A stretch of DNA of 64,000 nucleotides from positions 1,726 through 65,725 of the forward strand of contig JBJTDR010000101.1 of the NCBI GenBank assembly GCA_046092445.1, written 5' to 3'. Below are positions 19,402-28,962 of the stretch, piece by piece. Every line of letters begins with the position of its first letter. Position 1 is the stretch's first letter. The notes below the pieces were generated by a model that was not told the origin of the DNA, searched no databases, and saw only the letters and a program-made list of their open reading frames with translations. Position numbers and translations under genes: made by a program. The stretch comes from Hyphomicrobiales bacterium (GTDB lineage Bacteria; Pseudomonadota; Alphaproteobacteria; Rhizobiales; Beijerinckiaceae).

Positions 19402-19805
19402 TCATCCGCCTCCACACTTCCGGCACAGGCAACAACTTCAACCTCGACCTTGAATTCCGGTCGCGAAAACCCGGAGACGATCAACAAGGTCGACGCTGGC
19501 GGCTCCCGCCGGTCTTTGAAGAACTGGTCGCGAACCGCCATATACGCCGAAAGATGCGTCCGATCGGTAACATAGGCCGTCAGCTTCGCCACATGGCGGC
19601 GATCGAGGCCGGCATGTGCGAGAATGGCTTCGGCATTTTCAAAGCAGAGCAGGGTTTGCTCTTGGACAGACTCAGGGATATCCCCGTTGCGTGAAATGCC
19701 GAGTTGGCCGGAGCAGATCACAAGGCGTTCATTGGCGGCAATTTCAACGCCTTGGGAATACCGCGCCAGTGATGGCGCGGCATTAGTCGAGTGAAGGAAT
19801 TTCAT
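19398..19805 (-). CDS. RidA/YjgF-family reactive enamine/imine deaminase
   Basis: ORF trimmed to the ATG at 19805 (AGAGGA 8 nt upstream). About 135 aa with family-like segments (ICSGQLG, VEVEVVA). Confidence 0.75.
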   Translation of the reverse strand: MKFLHSTNAAPSLARYSQGVEIAANERLVICSGQLGISRNGDIPESVQEQTLLCFENAEAILAHAGLDRRHVAKLTAYVTDRTHLSAYMAVRDQFFKDRREPPASTLLIVSGFSRPEFKVEVEVVACAGSVEADE

Positions 19806-21219
19806 TGGCGAAATCCTCTTCTTTCTTGAGACCGGGAAACAGGTAGAAACCGGCCTTGTCAAAGTCATAATCGGGGTTGTCCCACGCAATCATCTTGCCC
19901 GGATTGAGCAGGCCCTTCGGGTCGACCTCGCGTTTGAAAGCGAGCTGCACCTCGTCCGTCTGCTTCATGCCGCCTTCTTCCAGCGTGAAGCGATGCGGAT
20001 TGAATACCGGACACCCGTGCTCCTCGTGAATGCGCACGATGGCGTCGAGCCGCTCCTCCGTTGTGAAGCGGACGAGCGGAATGCCGTCGCAACTGATGCG
20101 GCCTTCAAAACGCATATACTCGGCATGCCCCGGCACCTCATCGCCAAACAGCATCGACATTTCCACGATCTTCTCGACATGGACAGGATTCGGGTAAAGG
20201 GTCTGAAGATAGGTTATTGACGGGTCCATGCGGATTGCCCGCAGGGTCGTATGGTTCCACGCCAGCTCATAGGCGGGTGGCAGGGAGCGCCGCTCGTCTT
20301 CTGGCAGCGTGTCAGAACGGAAGGAGATGGTCATGCGCTCTTGCCGGCAGAGCGCTTCAAGCGACGAGACGGCATGCGGTGCCACCATCGTCACAATCAC
20401 ATGATCATCAGCCGCGAGATATTTCTGGTGGCGAAGGAAATAGCGGTGCGGCGTCGGCGCTTCGATCGTACATAATTGCTTCAGGAGCAAACCGTCCTGA
20501 CAGGCCAGCACATCCGCGAACCGGTTAAGCTGCGCCCAGTCACGACCCGTGATCAGCATATCGATCCAGTCATAGGAAGCGGTGAGCGGCATGTCGAGGC
20601 GGGTAATGATGCCGTTGGTGCCATAGGCATGGATAACCTTGTGCAGTTCAAAGCCTGTCAAGGTCAGCACGCGGGGCTCCGCCTCCATGGTGATCACGCG
20701 CGCACTGATGACATTTCCGGTATCGCGTAGCGTGCCCCAGCGGATCGACCCCACGCCGCCCGACCCTCCGGCGATGAAGCCGCCAATCGTGGCGTTCCGC
20801 GCCGTTGATGGATGCATGCGCAGCTCTTGCCCCGAATGTGCGCGCGTCGCTTCGTCGATATCGTGGATGATGGCGCCAGCTTCGACCGATACGCATCCCG
20901 GCGCAATCCCGATGACACGATCCAAATTGCGCACGTCAAGCACCACACCGCCGGAGAGTGGCATCGCCTGACCATAATTGCCGGTGCTGCCACCCCGCGG
21001 CGTCACCGGAATATCGAGCCGGTAACAGGCCGAAAGTAATGCAACAACCTCTTCCTCGCTGCGCGGACTCACAACGATATCGCCCGTCACCCCCTCAAGC
21101 TGTCGCTTCAGAACGGGAGAGTACCAGTAAAAATCACGACTGCGTTGCGCAACGACCTTCGGATTTGTCTCGCAGGGTATGCCGTTGAGTAAAGTGATGA
21201 GTTCGTCGATTTTTGCCAT
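19783..21219 (-). CDS. FAD-binding oxidoreductase (PCMH-type FAD domain, GlcD/VAO-like)
   Basis: N-terminal FAD-binding domain (PRGGSTGNYGQAMPLSGGVVLDV), 478 aa. It is the first gene of the operon. Confidence 0.8.
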   Translation of the reverse strand: MAKIDELITLLNGIPCETNPKVVAQRSRDFYWYSPVLKRQLEGVTGDIVVSPRSEEEVVALLSACYRLDIPVTPRGGSTGNYGQAMPLSGGVVLDVRNLDRVIGIAPGCVSVEAGAIIHDIDEATRAHSGQELRMHPSTARNATIGGFIAGGSGGVGSIRWGTLRDTGNVISARVITMEAEPRVLTLTGFELHKVIHAYGTNGIITRLDMPLTASYDWIDMLITGRDWAQLNRFADVLACQDGLLLKQLCTIEAPTPHRYFLRHQKYLAADDHVIVTMVAPHAVSSLEALCRQERMTISFRSDTLPEDERRSLPPAYELAWNHTTLRAIRMDPSITYLQTLYPNPVHVEKIVEMSMLFGDEVPGHAEYMRFEGRISCDGIPLVRFTTEERLDAIVRIHEEHGCPVFNPHRFTLEEGGMKQTDEVQLAFKREVDPKGLLNPGKMIAWDNPDYDFDKAGFYLFPGLKKEEDFANEIPSLD

Positions 21220-21316
21220 AGCGAACGGAATTCGGTTTGTGTGGCGCTTTTCGCCCGCGAAAGAGCGGTTTTCCGCCGGGACTATCTCAGGCTAACTCAA
21301 TTTGGTAGACGCCGGA

Positions 21317-21355
21317 CAAAAGGAAAACAATGGCGTGGGGATCAATTTTTTCGCG
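21317..21355 (+). repeat. 39-nt intergenic repeat, copy A
   Basis: caaaaggaaaacaatggcgtgg + 7 nt + ttttttcgcg. It matches copy B at 35 of 39 positions by my alignment. It lies 98 nt upstream of the FAD oxidase start. Confidence 0.85.
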
Positions 21356-21396
21356 CGGATCGTCAGACAGATCACCTGTATCGCGGGTGACCCGAA

Positions 21397-22266
21397 TCAG
21401 AATGATGCCAAAAGTAATGACTTTAACTTCTCGCTGGCTTGCGTTGGCGGCAATTCTCCGGGACGTAAATCATAACCCCATCCGCTTGGAATATCCGCCG
21501 GGAAGGGCTCGACAAGCAGGCCGCGCCGCACGTGGATTTCAACAAGCGACGCCAGTGTCACCGCGCATCCCAATCCCTTGATCGCCATTTCCAGAGCCAC
21601 GTTGGAGCTATCCGTCTTCAACCCCTGCACAAGCGGCAGGTCCGGAATGCCATGTTGGTGCGCGAAGGCTTCCCAAAGCTCCTGTCGACCAAGAATGTGG
21701 ATCAGGCCTTTGCGCCTGACATCCGCCGGCGATGTCATGGCGTCAGGTCCGGTCATGAAATCCGGCGGACAGACCATAGCCAAACGTTCCTCGCCCAGAC
21801 TTTGGCCAACGAGCGGTTGACGGACATGGCGCGGTGTGATCCGAAGGTCGACAATCTGGTCGGTTGTCTCGGCCCAGATCGTGGCATGGACAGTCACAGC
21901 GACTTCCGGGTTTTGTTCATGATACCGCAATAGTCGTTCCGGCAACCAATTTGTCGCAAGGCTTGCCGGACAAGCAATCACGACTTCCTTCCGGTGCCGG
22001 ACGGTCTGCACATGTCCCGTCGCCAGATCAAGTTGCGCAAGTGACCGTTGCACCGCAGGCAGGTAAGCGGCTCCGACTTCAGTCAATGTCATGCTTCGGG
22101 ACGCGCGGTAAAACAGAGGACGCCCGATGAACTGCTCCAGAACCCGGACATGTCCCGAGACTGCCGCCTGGGTCAGGCGAAGTTCCTCCGCCGCACGGGT
22201 AAAGCTCAGGTGCCGGGCCGAGGCTTCGAATGACCTGATGCAATTCAAAGGAGGAAGGTATTTCAT
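21397..22266 (-). CDS. LysR-family transcriptional regulator (GcvA-like)
   Basis: N-terminal wHTH (SFTRAAEELRLTQAAVSGHVRVLE) plus a LysR substrate-binding domain. The ATG at 22266 is preferred over the TTG at 22290. Confidence 0.85.
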   Translation of the reverse strand: MKYLPPLNCIRSFEASARHLSFTRAAEELRLTQAAVSGHVRVLEQFIGRPLFYRASRSMTLTEVGAAYLPAVQRSLAQLDLATGHVQTVRHRKEVVIACPASLATNWLPERLLRYHEQNPEVAVTVHATIWAETTDQIVDLRITPRHVRQPLVGQSLGEERLAMVCPPDFMTGPDAMTSPADVRRKGLIHILGRQELWEAFAHQHGIPDLPLVQGLKTDSSNVALEMAIKGLGCAVTLASLVEIHVRRGLLVEPFPADIPSGWGYDLRPGELPPTQASEKLKSLLLASF

Positions 22267-22415
22267 CGCCGCGTATTTGCCTTGGTCCAATCAATCTGTC
22301 GGAAATGGGTTCTGCTATCGAACCTGACCCGAGGTAATCTAACGTGTCTCTCGTATGACGTAAACATCCTGCCCCGCTTCGGGCAAGACTCGGGAAAACA
22401 GGGCAAATGTTCATG

Positions 22416-23012
22416 CTAAAGGGGGATTTTGGCGATGCGCGCCTTCACGCGGTCAATATAGCGGCGACGGGTGGGGTCGGTCTGATCATCCATATCATGC
22501 AGGCCTAACCAGAACGTCTTGGTGCGCGGTGATGTGCAATAGCGCATCCCGCGCAGGATGATCTTGCGGCCTGGTGCCCCCATCAGGAACGTCCAGAACC
22601 ACCAGGGAGAGCCAAAAGTGGTGATTACCCCGATGAGTCGTACATTTGTGAGTGCCCCGCGCAACGGCTCCGTGGGCGTTCGCAATGTAAACGTCACTCC
22701 GGGCCGCCAGACCCGATCGATCCAGCCCTTGAGCATGGCGGGCTGTGAATACCACCATGTCGGGTAAACCAGGATCAGTCCCTCCGCCCATTGCAGATTT
22801 TCGATATGGGGAACGAGATCCGCTGGCGTTGTGCCGTCCTCGGTGTAACCGCGGCGTTCGTCAGCACTCATGACGGGATTGAAGCCCTCGCCGTGAAGGT
22901 CGGTAATGCGGACATCATGGCCTCTGGCGCGGGCCGTTTCGACCGATACCTTCAATAAACGGGTATTGAAACTTTCGGGGACAGGATGGGCATGAATGAA
23001 CAGAAGGCGCAT
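22416..23012 (-). CDS. NAD(P)H dehydrogenase (quinone), flavodoxin-like fold family
   Basis: ORF trimmed to the ATG at 23012 (MRLLFIHAHPVPESFN...). LILVYPTWWYSQPAMLKGWIDRV is typical of the Flavodoxin_2/NQO family. Confidence 0.8.
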   Translation of the reverse strand: MRLLFIHAHPVPESFNTRLLKVSVETARARGHDVRITDLHGEGFNPVMSADERRGYTEDGTTPADLVPHIENLQWAEGLILVYPTWWYSQPAMLKGWIDRVWRPGVTFTLRTPTEPLRGALTNVRLIGVITTFGSPWWFWTFLMGAPGRKIILRGMRYCTSPRTKTFWLGLHDMDDQTDPTRRRYIDRVKARIAKIPL

Positions 23013-23120
23013 CTGGAAACGACCACGAACCCGGCCAAGTTGAGAAAAGCGATCAACACGTCTCTGAAAAACATTTTTCAACCGTATTCCGTAGCGTAAC
23101 ACCAATATGATATTCTCTGG

Positions 23121-23159
23121 CAAAAGGAAAACAATGGCGTGGACTTCGATTTTTTCGCG
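23121..23159 (+). repeat. 39-nt intergenic repeat, copy B
   Basis: Same element as 21317-21355. It lies 109 nt upstream of the quinone reductase start and 60 nt upstream of the amidotransferase start. Confidence 0.85.
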
Positions 23160-23218
23160 AAAGGGCGAATCTAAATCGAATATCATGACTTGAAATTGAG
23201 CTTCGAAAGAGGGAACCG

Positions 23219-23947
23219 ATGTCTCGCATTGTTCTGATCCGTCATGGCGATGACCCCGATGATGACCGGGTCGTCACCTACTTTCGCTCTAAGGGTCTTG
23301 AGCCGGAAATTCGCAAACCGTTCAAGGGGGAAGAGCTTGGTGACGTGGATAGCAGCGTCATCGGGTCGGTGATCTATGGTGGTCCCTTTAATGTTTTCGA
23401 GGAGGAAAAGCACACCTTTCTCTACGACGAAAACCGTTGGATCGAGCAGTGCATCAGGCAGAGTGTCCCTCTGCTCGGCATTTGTCAGGGTGGCCAGTCC
23501 ATTGCCCATGTTCTCGGGGCGCCCGTCGGCCCCAAACCGAGCGAACCGCACGAGTTCGGCTATTACGAAATCAAGCCGACCGAAGAGGGGCGCGCCTATT
23601 TCCCCGACGCACTCACGGTTGCTCAGGCGCATTTTCATGAATTTCAGATTCCGCGAGGAGCGGACAAACTCGCGGGTAGTGACCTGTTCCACCAGCAGGC
23701 TTTCAAATACGGCTCAAGCACCTTCGCCTTCCAGTTCCATGCCGAAGTTACACCCCGCTGTTTCCGTCGCTGGCAGGACAACGATTGGGCGGCCTTCGGC
23801 AAACCGGGCGCACAGACCCGTGCCGAACAGAACACCCTCATGGCCCGTCACGATCAGCGCCAGCATATCTGGTTCATGGGATTCCTTGATACACTGTTCG
23901 GCAGGGCGGTCGAAAAGGCGACGGGAAGCCGAGACCTTCATGCGTAA
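23219..23947 (+). CDS. class I glutamine amidotransferase domain protein
   Basis: GATase1 nucleophile-elbow context (LLGICQGGQ) and a later FQFHAE histidine motif. 242 aa. Confidence 0.8.
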   Translation: MSRIVLIRHGDDPDDDRVVTYFRSKGLEPEIRKPFKGEELGDVDSSVIGSVIYGGPFNVFEEEKHTFLYDENRWIEQCIRQSVPLLGICQGGQSIAHVLGAPVGPKPSEPHEFGYYEIKPTEEGRAYFPDALTVAQAHFHEFQIPRGADKLAGSDLFHQQAFKYGSSTFAFQFHAEVTPRCFRRWQDNDWAAFGKPGAQTRAEQNTLMARHDQRQHIWFMGFLDTLFGRAVEKATGSRDLHA

Positions 23948-24842
23948 CGAAACCAGGGGATTATTGATCACATTGGCTGGCGCGCTCGTTTTCACGCCGG
24001 ACGCCCTGTTGATCCGGTTGGCTGCAACCGATCCCTTCACACTCGCCGCCACGCGGGCTGTTCCTGCCGCCCTTGTGCTGCTGGCAGGAATGCTCCTGTT
24101 CCATGGCTTCGCGATCGTCTGCGAATTTCTGCGCCTTGGCCCATGGGGGTTGCTCGCAGGCCTGTTGCAGGGGCTCAGCGCCGTGCTGTTCTGCCTCGCC
24201 ATCAGCAATACCAGCGCAGCCAATGCGCTTCTGATCTTCGCCTCGATGCCCCTGATTGCAGCCCTCATCGGATGGGCCGCGCTCGGAGAGAATGTCCGCC
24301 CGGCGACGTGGGTGGCAATCCTCGTGGCCATGACCGGTATCGTGATCGTCGCAAGCGGTAGCCTCGGAAGCGGCAATATCTTCGGTGACGCAATGGCGTT
24401 GGCCAACGCCCTGTCTACAGCGCTCTTCTACGTGATCGCGCGGCATCGCAGCGATCTGAATTTCATCCCCGCCAATGTGCTCGGCTTCGTGATCGGCGGA
24501 TTGATCTCGGCTCCCTTTGTCGAACTCGCGCCGCTCGAGGCGGCACAGTGGGTTTGGCTTGCGATCGGCGGATGCATCGTGCTTCCGGGTGCCATCGCAC
24601 TATTCACACTGGGCCTGCGCTATCTGCCTGCCGCAGAAGTCGCCCTCATCGGCTTGCTCGAGGTTGTGCTCGGGCCGCTCCTGGTCTGGCTCATCCTTCG
24701 GGAAAACGTCCCGCATAACACGATCATCGGGGGCACGGTGCTGCTCTCGGCCTTGGTATTTCATTTCGGCATGAGTCTGCTGCGACCCGCAGCGCGGCTC
24801 GCGCAAGGGTTCGAAACACACGCTCCAGGTGGACGTGTCTAA
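23940..24842 (+). CDS. DMT-superfamily transporter (EamA family)
   Basis: Only the C-terminal 300 aa of ORF 23376..24842 look real (ten hydrophobic segments, two EamA-like halves). The ATG at 23940 overlaps the amidotransferase 3' end by 8 nt. Confidence 0.8.
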   Translation: MRNETRGLLITLAGALVFTPDALLIRLAATDPFTLAATRAVPAALVLLAGMLLFHGFAIVCEFLRLGPWGLLAGLLQGLSAVLFCLAISNTSAANALLIFASMPLIAALIGWAALGENVRPATWVAILVAMTGIVIVASGSLGSGNIFGDAMALANALSTALFYVIARHRSDLNFIPANVLGFVIGGLISAPFVELAPLEAAQWVWLAIGGCIVLPGAIALFTLGLRYLPAAEVALIGLLEVVLGPLLVWLILRENVPHNTIIGGTVLLSALVFHFGMSLLRPAARLAQGFETHAPGGRV

Positions 24843-24862
24843 ACGCAAAGGGGGAGACTGAC

Positions 24863-26509
24863 ATGTTGTTCAAGAAAAACGGTAAGCCACTGCCGGCCGT
24901 GTTCGATACAATGGTGCGGGACGCAAGAGACGGGCGGATCGACCGCCGCGAATTTCTGACGCTCGCGAGCGTCTTCGGCGCAACAGCCGCCGCCGCTTAC
25001 GGTGCCATCGGCCTCGCATTGCCGACGCCCGCCCGAGCTGCCACCCCGAAAAAAGGTGGCGTGCTTAAAATCGAGATGCCCGTCAAGGAGCAAAAAGATC
25101 CGCGCACCTATGACTGGTCGGAAATGGCCAACGTCACCCGCCAGTTCCTTGAGCCCCTCGTAAAATATAAGCGCGACTTTACCTTCGAGGGCAAATTGCT
25201 GGAAAGCTGGGAGGTGAATGACAACGCGACCGAATACACCCTCAAGGTGCGCAAGGGCGTCACCTGGAACAATGGCGATGCCTTCAATGCTGACGATGTC
25301 GTCTTCAACATCACCCGCTGGTGTGACAAATCGGCGGAAGGCAATTCCATGGCCGGCCGCATGTCCACGCTCGTTGACCCCAAGACAGGCAAAGCGATCC
25401 CGGGGTCGATCACCAAGGTCGACGACTTCACCGTGAAGCTGAAGCTGCCAAAGCCCGACATCACAATCATTCCGGGCATGTCCGATTATCCGGCGCTGAT
25501 CGTCCATCGCAATTTTGAAGCCGATGGCAAGAACATCGTCGCCAAACCTGTCGGAACCGGCCCGTTCGAGCTCGTCTCCTACGAAACCGGCACAAAGGCG
25601 GTTCTCAAGCGCCGGACCAACGGCAAATGGTGGGGCGGCGAAGCCTATCTCGACGGCGTCGAATTCATCGATTATGGCAGCGACCCGGCGGCGATCACCA
25701 GTGCCTTCGAGTCCAAGGAAGTCCATTGCAACCAGGTCTCGGAATCAGCTTACATCGAAGTCTTCGAGAAAATGGGGCTGGTCCGGTCGGAAATCGACAC
25801 GGCGAGCACCATTCTCGCGCGCATGAACGTCAACAACAAACCCTATGACGACCAGCGCGTGCGAAAGGCCATGCAAATGGCGGTTGACAACGACACGATC
25901 TTGAAACTGGGCAATAATGGCCGCGGATCGGTTGCGGAAAATCATCACGTTGCACCGCTTCACCCGGAATATTTCCCGTTGCCGAAGCAGAAGCGCGACA
26001 TCGCGGCCGCGAAGAAGCTGATGACCGAAGCGGGAAAGATGGATTTCGAACACGATCTGATCACCGTCGATCAGGATTGGCACAAGAACACCGGCGACGC
26101 CATCGCCGCCCAATTGCGCGAGGCAGGCTTCAAGGTGAAGCGGACCGTACTCCCGGGGTCGACCTTCTGGAATGATTGGACCAAATATCCTTTCTCCATG
26201 ACCAATTGGAACCAGCGGCCGCTCGGTGTTCAGGTGCTCGCCCTTGCCTATCGCTCGGGCGAGGCTTGGAACGAATCCGCCTTCTCCAACAAGGATTTTG
26301 ACGCCAAGCTGAACGAAGCCCTTTCCATTGCCGATCCCGCCAAGCGCAAGGCGGTCATGAAGGACGTCCAGCAAATCCTGCAGGAGAGTGGTGTGCTGAT
26401 TCAGCCCTATTGGCAGAATATCAACAATCACCGCGCACCCGAGGTGATGAATTACGAGATGCACCAAACCTTCGAGATCGATCTCGGCGAGACCTGGCTG
26501 AACGTCTGA
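24863..26509 (+). CDS. ABC transporter substrate-binding protein, family 5 (peptide/opine/nickel type)
   Basis: Twin-arginine signal ([22 protein letters not shown]...ARA), about 548 aa, DppA/OppA-like. GGGGGAG lies upstream of the ATG. Confidence 0.85.
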   Translation: MLFKKNGKPLPAVFDTMVRDARDGRIDRREFLTLASVFGATAAAAYGAIGLALPTPARAATPKKGGVLKIEMPVKEQKDPRTYDWSEMANVTRQFLEPLVKYKRDFTFEGKLLESWEVNDNATEYTLKVRKGVTWNNGDAFNADDVVFNITRWCDKSAEGNSMAGRMSTLVDPKTGKAIPGSITKVDDFTVKLKLPKPDITIIPGMSDYPALIVHRNFEADGKNIVAKPVGTGPFELVSYETGTKAVLKRRTNGKWWGGEAYLDGVEFIDYGSDPAAITSAFESKEVHCNQVSESAYIEVFEKMGLVRSEIDTASTILARMNVNNKPYDDQRVRKAMQMAVDNDTILKLGNNGRGSVAENHHVAPLHPEYFPLPKQKRDIAAAKKLMTEAGKMDFEHDLITVDQDWHKNTGDAIAAQLREAGFKVKRTVLPGSTFWNDWTKYPFSMTNWNQRPLGVQVLALAYRSGEAWNESAFSNKDFDAKLNEALSIADPAKRKAVMKDVQQILQESGVLIQPYWQNINNHRAPEVMNYEMHQTFEIDLGETWLNV

Positions 26510-26522
26510 TACCTGTCATAAC

Positions 26523-26558
26523 AGAGTCTGCCGGGTTGGGTTATACCCGGCAGACTCT
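26523..26558 (+). other. perfect 14-bp intercistronic stem-loop
   Basis: agagtctgccgggt (26523-26536) pairs with acccggcagactct (26545-26558) around an 8-nt loop. It lies between the binding-protein gene and the PrpD-family gene. There is no clean U tract afterwards. Confidence 0.8.
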
Positions 26559-26576
26559 CTTCATTTGAGCGGCTCG

Positions 26577-27905
26577 ATGAAAGAAATCGTCGCAAAATTT
26601 ACGACTGATCTTTCGCTTGGTAATGTCCCTGAAAAAACGCTTCAGGACACCAAGAGATGTCTGCTCGATACAATTGGCGTCGCCGCTGCGGGGTCACGCT
26701 TGCAGCTGAGTTCAATTGCCCGGAATGTGGCCCCGATGCTTTTCGGCGTATCGCCTCGGGGTGCCCGGCTCTTTTTTGCTGATGGGCATACAAGTCCTGC
26801 AGGCGCCGCCTTCGTCAATGCCTCGACAATCGACAGCTTCGATGCGCATGACGGCCATCCGCTCACCAAAGGTCATGCTGGCTGTGGGGTCCTGTCAGGT
26901 CTCATGGCGATTGCCGATGTCCATGACGATATGAGTGGTACTGAGGCATTAATAAACCTGATTGCAGGCTATGAGGTGGCGATACGGGCAGGCATTGCGC
27001 TTCACCAGACAGCGCCGGACTATCACACTTCCGGCGCGTGGGTAGGCTTGGGCATTGTTGCTGCCGGCGCGCGCGTGCTGAATCTGGATCGCTCGATGCT
27101 GCGCGAGGGGTTGGGGATCGCCGAATATAACGGGCCAAGAAGCCAGATGATGCGCTGCATTGATCATCCGACCATGCTCAAGGATGGCTCAGGCTGGGGC
27201 GCGATGGTTGGGGTATCCGCGGCCTTTCTGGCCAAGGCTGGCTTTACCGGCGCACCGGCAATCACAGTCGAGGAGCCAGCGGTTGAGACGCTCTGGAACG
27301 ATCTGGGCTCCCGCTGGCGGATTTCCGAGCAATATTTGAAGGCCTATCCTGTGTGCCGCTGGGCTCAGCCAGCCATGGAGGCCGCCATGCAGTTGAAACG
27401 GGAACACAAGTTTACTGCTACCGACATCCTGTCCATCCGCATTCGCACGTTCCACGAGGCGAGCAGGCTCAAAATCTGGAACCCGCAGACAACCGAAATT
27501 GCGCAATATAGTCTGCCATTTCCGGTGGCCGCTCTTCTGGTCAAAGGGCAGGTCGGACCGGACGAGATTGATGACGCCGCGCTCGCGGATCGTGAAATAC
27601 TATCGGTCGCAAAAAGCATCGAGGTCATTGATGATCCGGAATTCTCTGGCCGGTTTCCTGCGGAACGCTGGGCCTCGGCATCCATCACATTGCGCAACGG
27701 AACAATACTTGAGTCACGGCCTGCGGTCGCCCGCGGCAGCGCGGAAAATCCCTTTTCCGATGACGAGATCACGACCAAGTTCAAACTCCTGATGGAAAGT
27801 GCAGGCCACTCGAAAAGAGTGCAGGGAATTGTTGACTATGTGTGGGGAATCGAGAAGGAACCGTCCCTCCGACGGCTGGCCGATATGATTTACGGCGGGC
27901 GGTGA
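26577..27905 (+). CDS. MmgE/PrpD-family protein
   Basis: Full-length family look (about 440 aa; DTIGVAAAG, HPLTKGHAG, AYPVCRWAQPA segments). Confidence 0.8.
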   Translation: MKEIVAKFTTDLSLGNVPEKTLQDTKRCLLDTIGVAAAGSRLQLSSIARNVAPMLFGVSPRGARLFFADGHTSPAGAAFVNASTIDSFDAHDGHPLTKGHAGCGVLSGLMAIADVHDDMSGTEALINLIAGYEVAIRAGIALHQTAPDYHTSGAWVGLGIVAAGARVLNLDRSMLREGLGIAEYNGPRSQMMRCIDHPTMLKDGSGWGAMVGVSAAFLAKAGFTGAPAITVEEPAVETLWNDLGSRWRISEQYLKAYPVCRWAQPAMEAAMQLKREHKFTATDILSIRIRTFHEASRLKIWNPQTTEIAQYSLPFPVAALLVKGQVGPDEIDDAALADREILSVAKSIEVIDDPEFSGRFPAERWASASITLRNGTILESRPAVARGSAENPFSDDEITTKFKLLMESAGHSKRVQGIVDYVWGIEKEPSLRRLADMIYGGR

Positions 27906-27908
27906 CAC

Positions 27909-28955
27909 GTGCGCGGTATATCGGGTTTTCTCGTCCGGCGGGTCATCAGCGTACTGGGAACCGCTTTATGCCTGACGCTCGCCGTCTTCTACCTGATCAA
28001 TCTGGAACCCAATCTGCGCAAGCTGTCGATCAGCCAGACAGAAATGCGCGCCTCCGATTCCGATATTGAGAGATGGCTGGAACGCAACGGATATCGCAAG
28101 CCCTTTCTCGAGCGCTATGGTGCCTGGCTGGGTGTCGTGCCCAAGCAACCGAATATCGATCCAGAAACCGGCAAGGCACAGGCCCGTTTCAATTACTGCG
28201 CGGAGCAGTCCGTGCCGGTCTATTCCGGCGTGCTTCAGGGTGATTTTGGGTGCTCTACAAAATTCAAGGTCAAAGTCATCGATAAACTCCTGCCTGCCTT
28301 ACGCGCGACAGGTATCCTGATGTTCTGGGTCGTCATCGTCATGGTGCCTGCGGCGTTATTGATCGGTGTGCTCGCCGGTATGCGCGAAGGCTCGCGTACC
28401 GATCGATGGCTGTCGGTCCTCTCCATCACCACAACAGCAACGCCGGAATATGTCTCCGGCGTCTTGTTCGCAGTCATCTTTGCGACATGGCTCGGATGGC
28501 TCAACGGCTCGGCCGCCACCGCTACGTCGGACGGCATCACCTTCTACAATTTCACGTTGCCGGTTATCACGCCTGCCATTTACGGTATGGGCTACATCGC
28601 CCGCATGACGCGCGCATCCATGGCCGAGGTAATGACGACACAATACATCCGCACGGCGCGTCTCAAGGGCCACAGTTTCGCGGGTGTCGTGTTGAAACAC
28701 GCGCTACGTAACGCGCTCATCGCGCCTTTCACGGTGATCATGCTGCAATTTACATGGCTCCTCACCGGTGTGGTCATCGTCGAGGTCATGTTCCGTTATC
28801 AGGGCTTCGGCTATCTGCTCGTCGAGGCAGCGGGAAACAACGACATTGATCTCCTCTTGGCATGTTCGATCATGTCGGTCCTGCTGGTGCTTGTCACGCA
28901 GTTCGTATCAGATATCGGATACGCCTATCTCAATCCCCGGATCCGGGTGCAATAG
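27909..28955 (+). CDS. ABC transporter permease, DppB-like
   Basis: Six-TM BPD-type permease with the conserved loop YIRTARLKG. GTG start 3 nt after the PrpD-family stop. Confidence 0.85.
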   Translation: MRGISGFLVRRVISVLGTALCLTLAVFYLINLEPNLRKLSISQTEMRASDSDIERWLERNGYRKPFLERYGAWLGVVPKQPNIDPETGKAQARFNYCAEQSVPVYSGVLQGDFGCSTKFKVKVIDKLLPALRATGILMFWVVIVMVPAALLIGVLAGMREGSRTDRWLSVLSITTTATPEYVSGVLFAVIFATWLGWLNGSAATATSDGITFYNFTLPVITPAIYGMGYIARMTRASMAEVMTTQYIRTARLKGHSFAGVVLKHALRNALIAPFTVIMLQFTWLLTGVVIVEVMFRYQGFGYLLVEAAGNNDIDLLLACSIMSVLLVLVTQFVSDIGYAYLNPRIRVQ

Positions 28956-28962
28956 GCACAAG

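Noticed and set aside
21317-21355. A sigma54-type promoter (TGGCAC-N5-TTGC) within the 39-nt repeat.
   Set aside because: TGGCGT is present, but the -12 element at the required spacing reads TCAA/TCGA rather than TTGC in both copies.
21330-21581. The 83-aa ORF starting in repeat copy A as a real gene.
   Set aside because: Beyond the first nine codons it runs antisense through the 3' end of the LysR gene. Its similarity to copy B stops after codon 9. Only the repeat is reported.
23376-23939. The N-terminal 188 codons of ORF 23376..24842 as part of the EamA transporter.
   Set aside because: This part overlaps the amidotransferase gene in another frame and is Ser/Arg/Pro-rich. The transporter-like hydrophobic sequence begins at the ATG at 23940.
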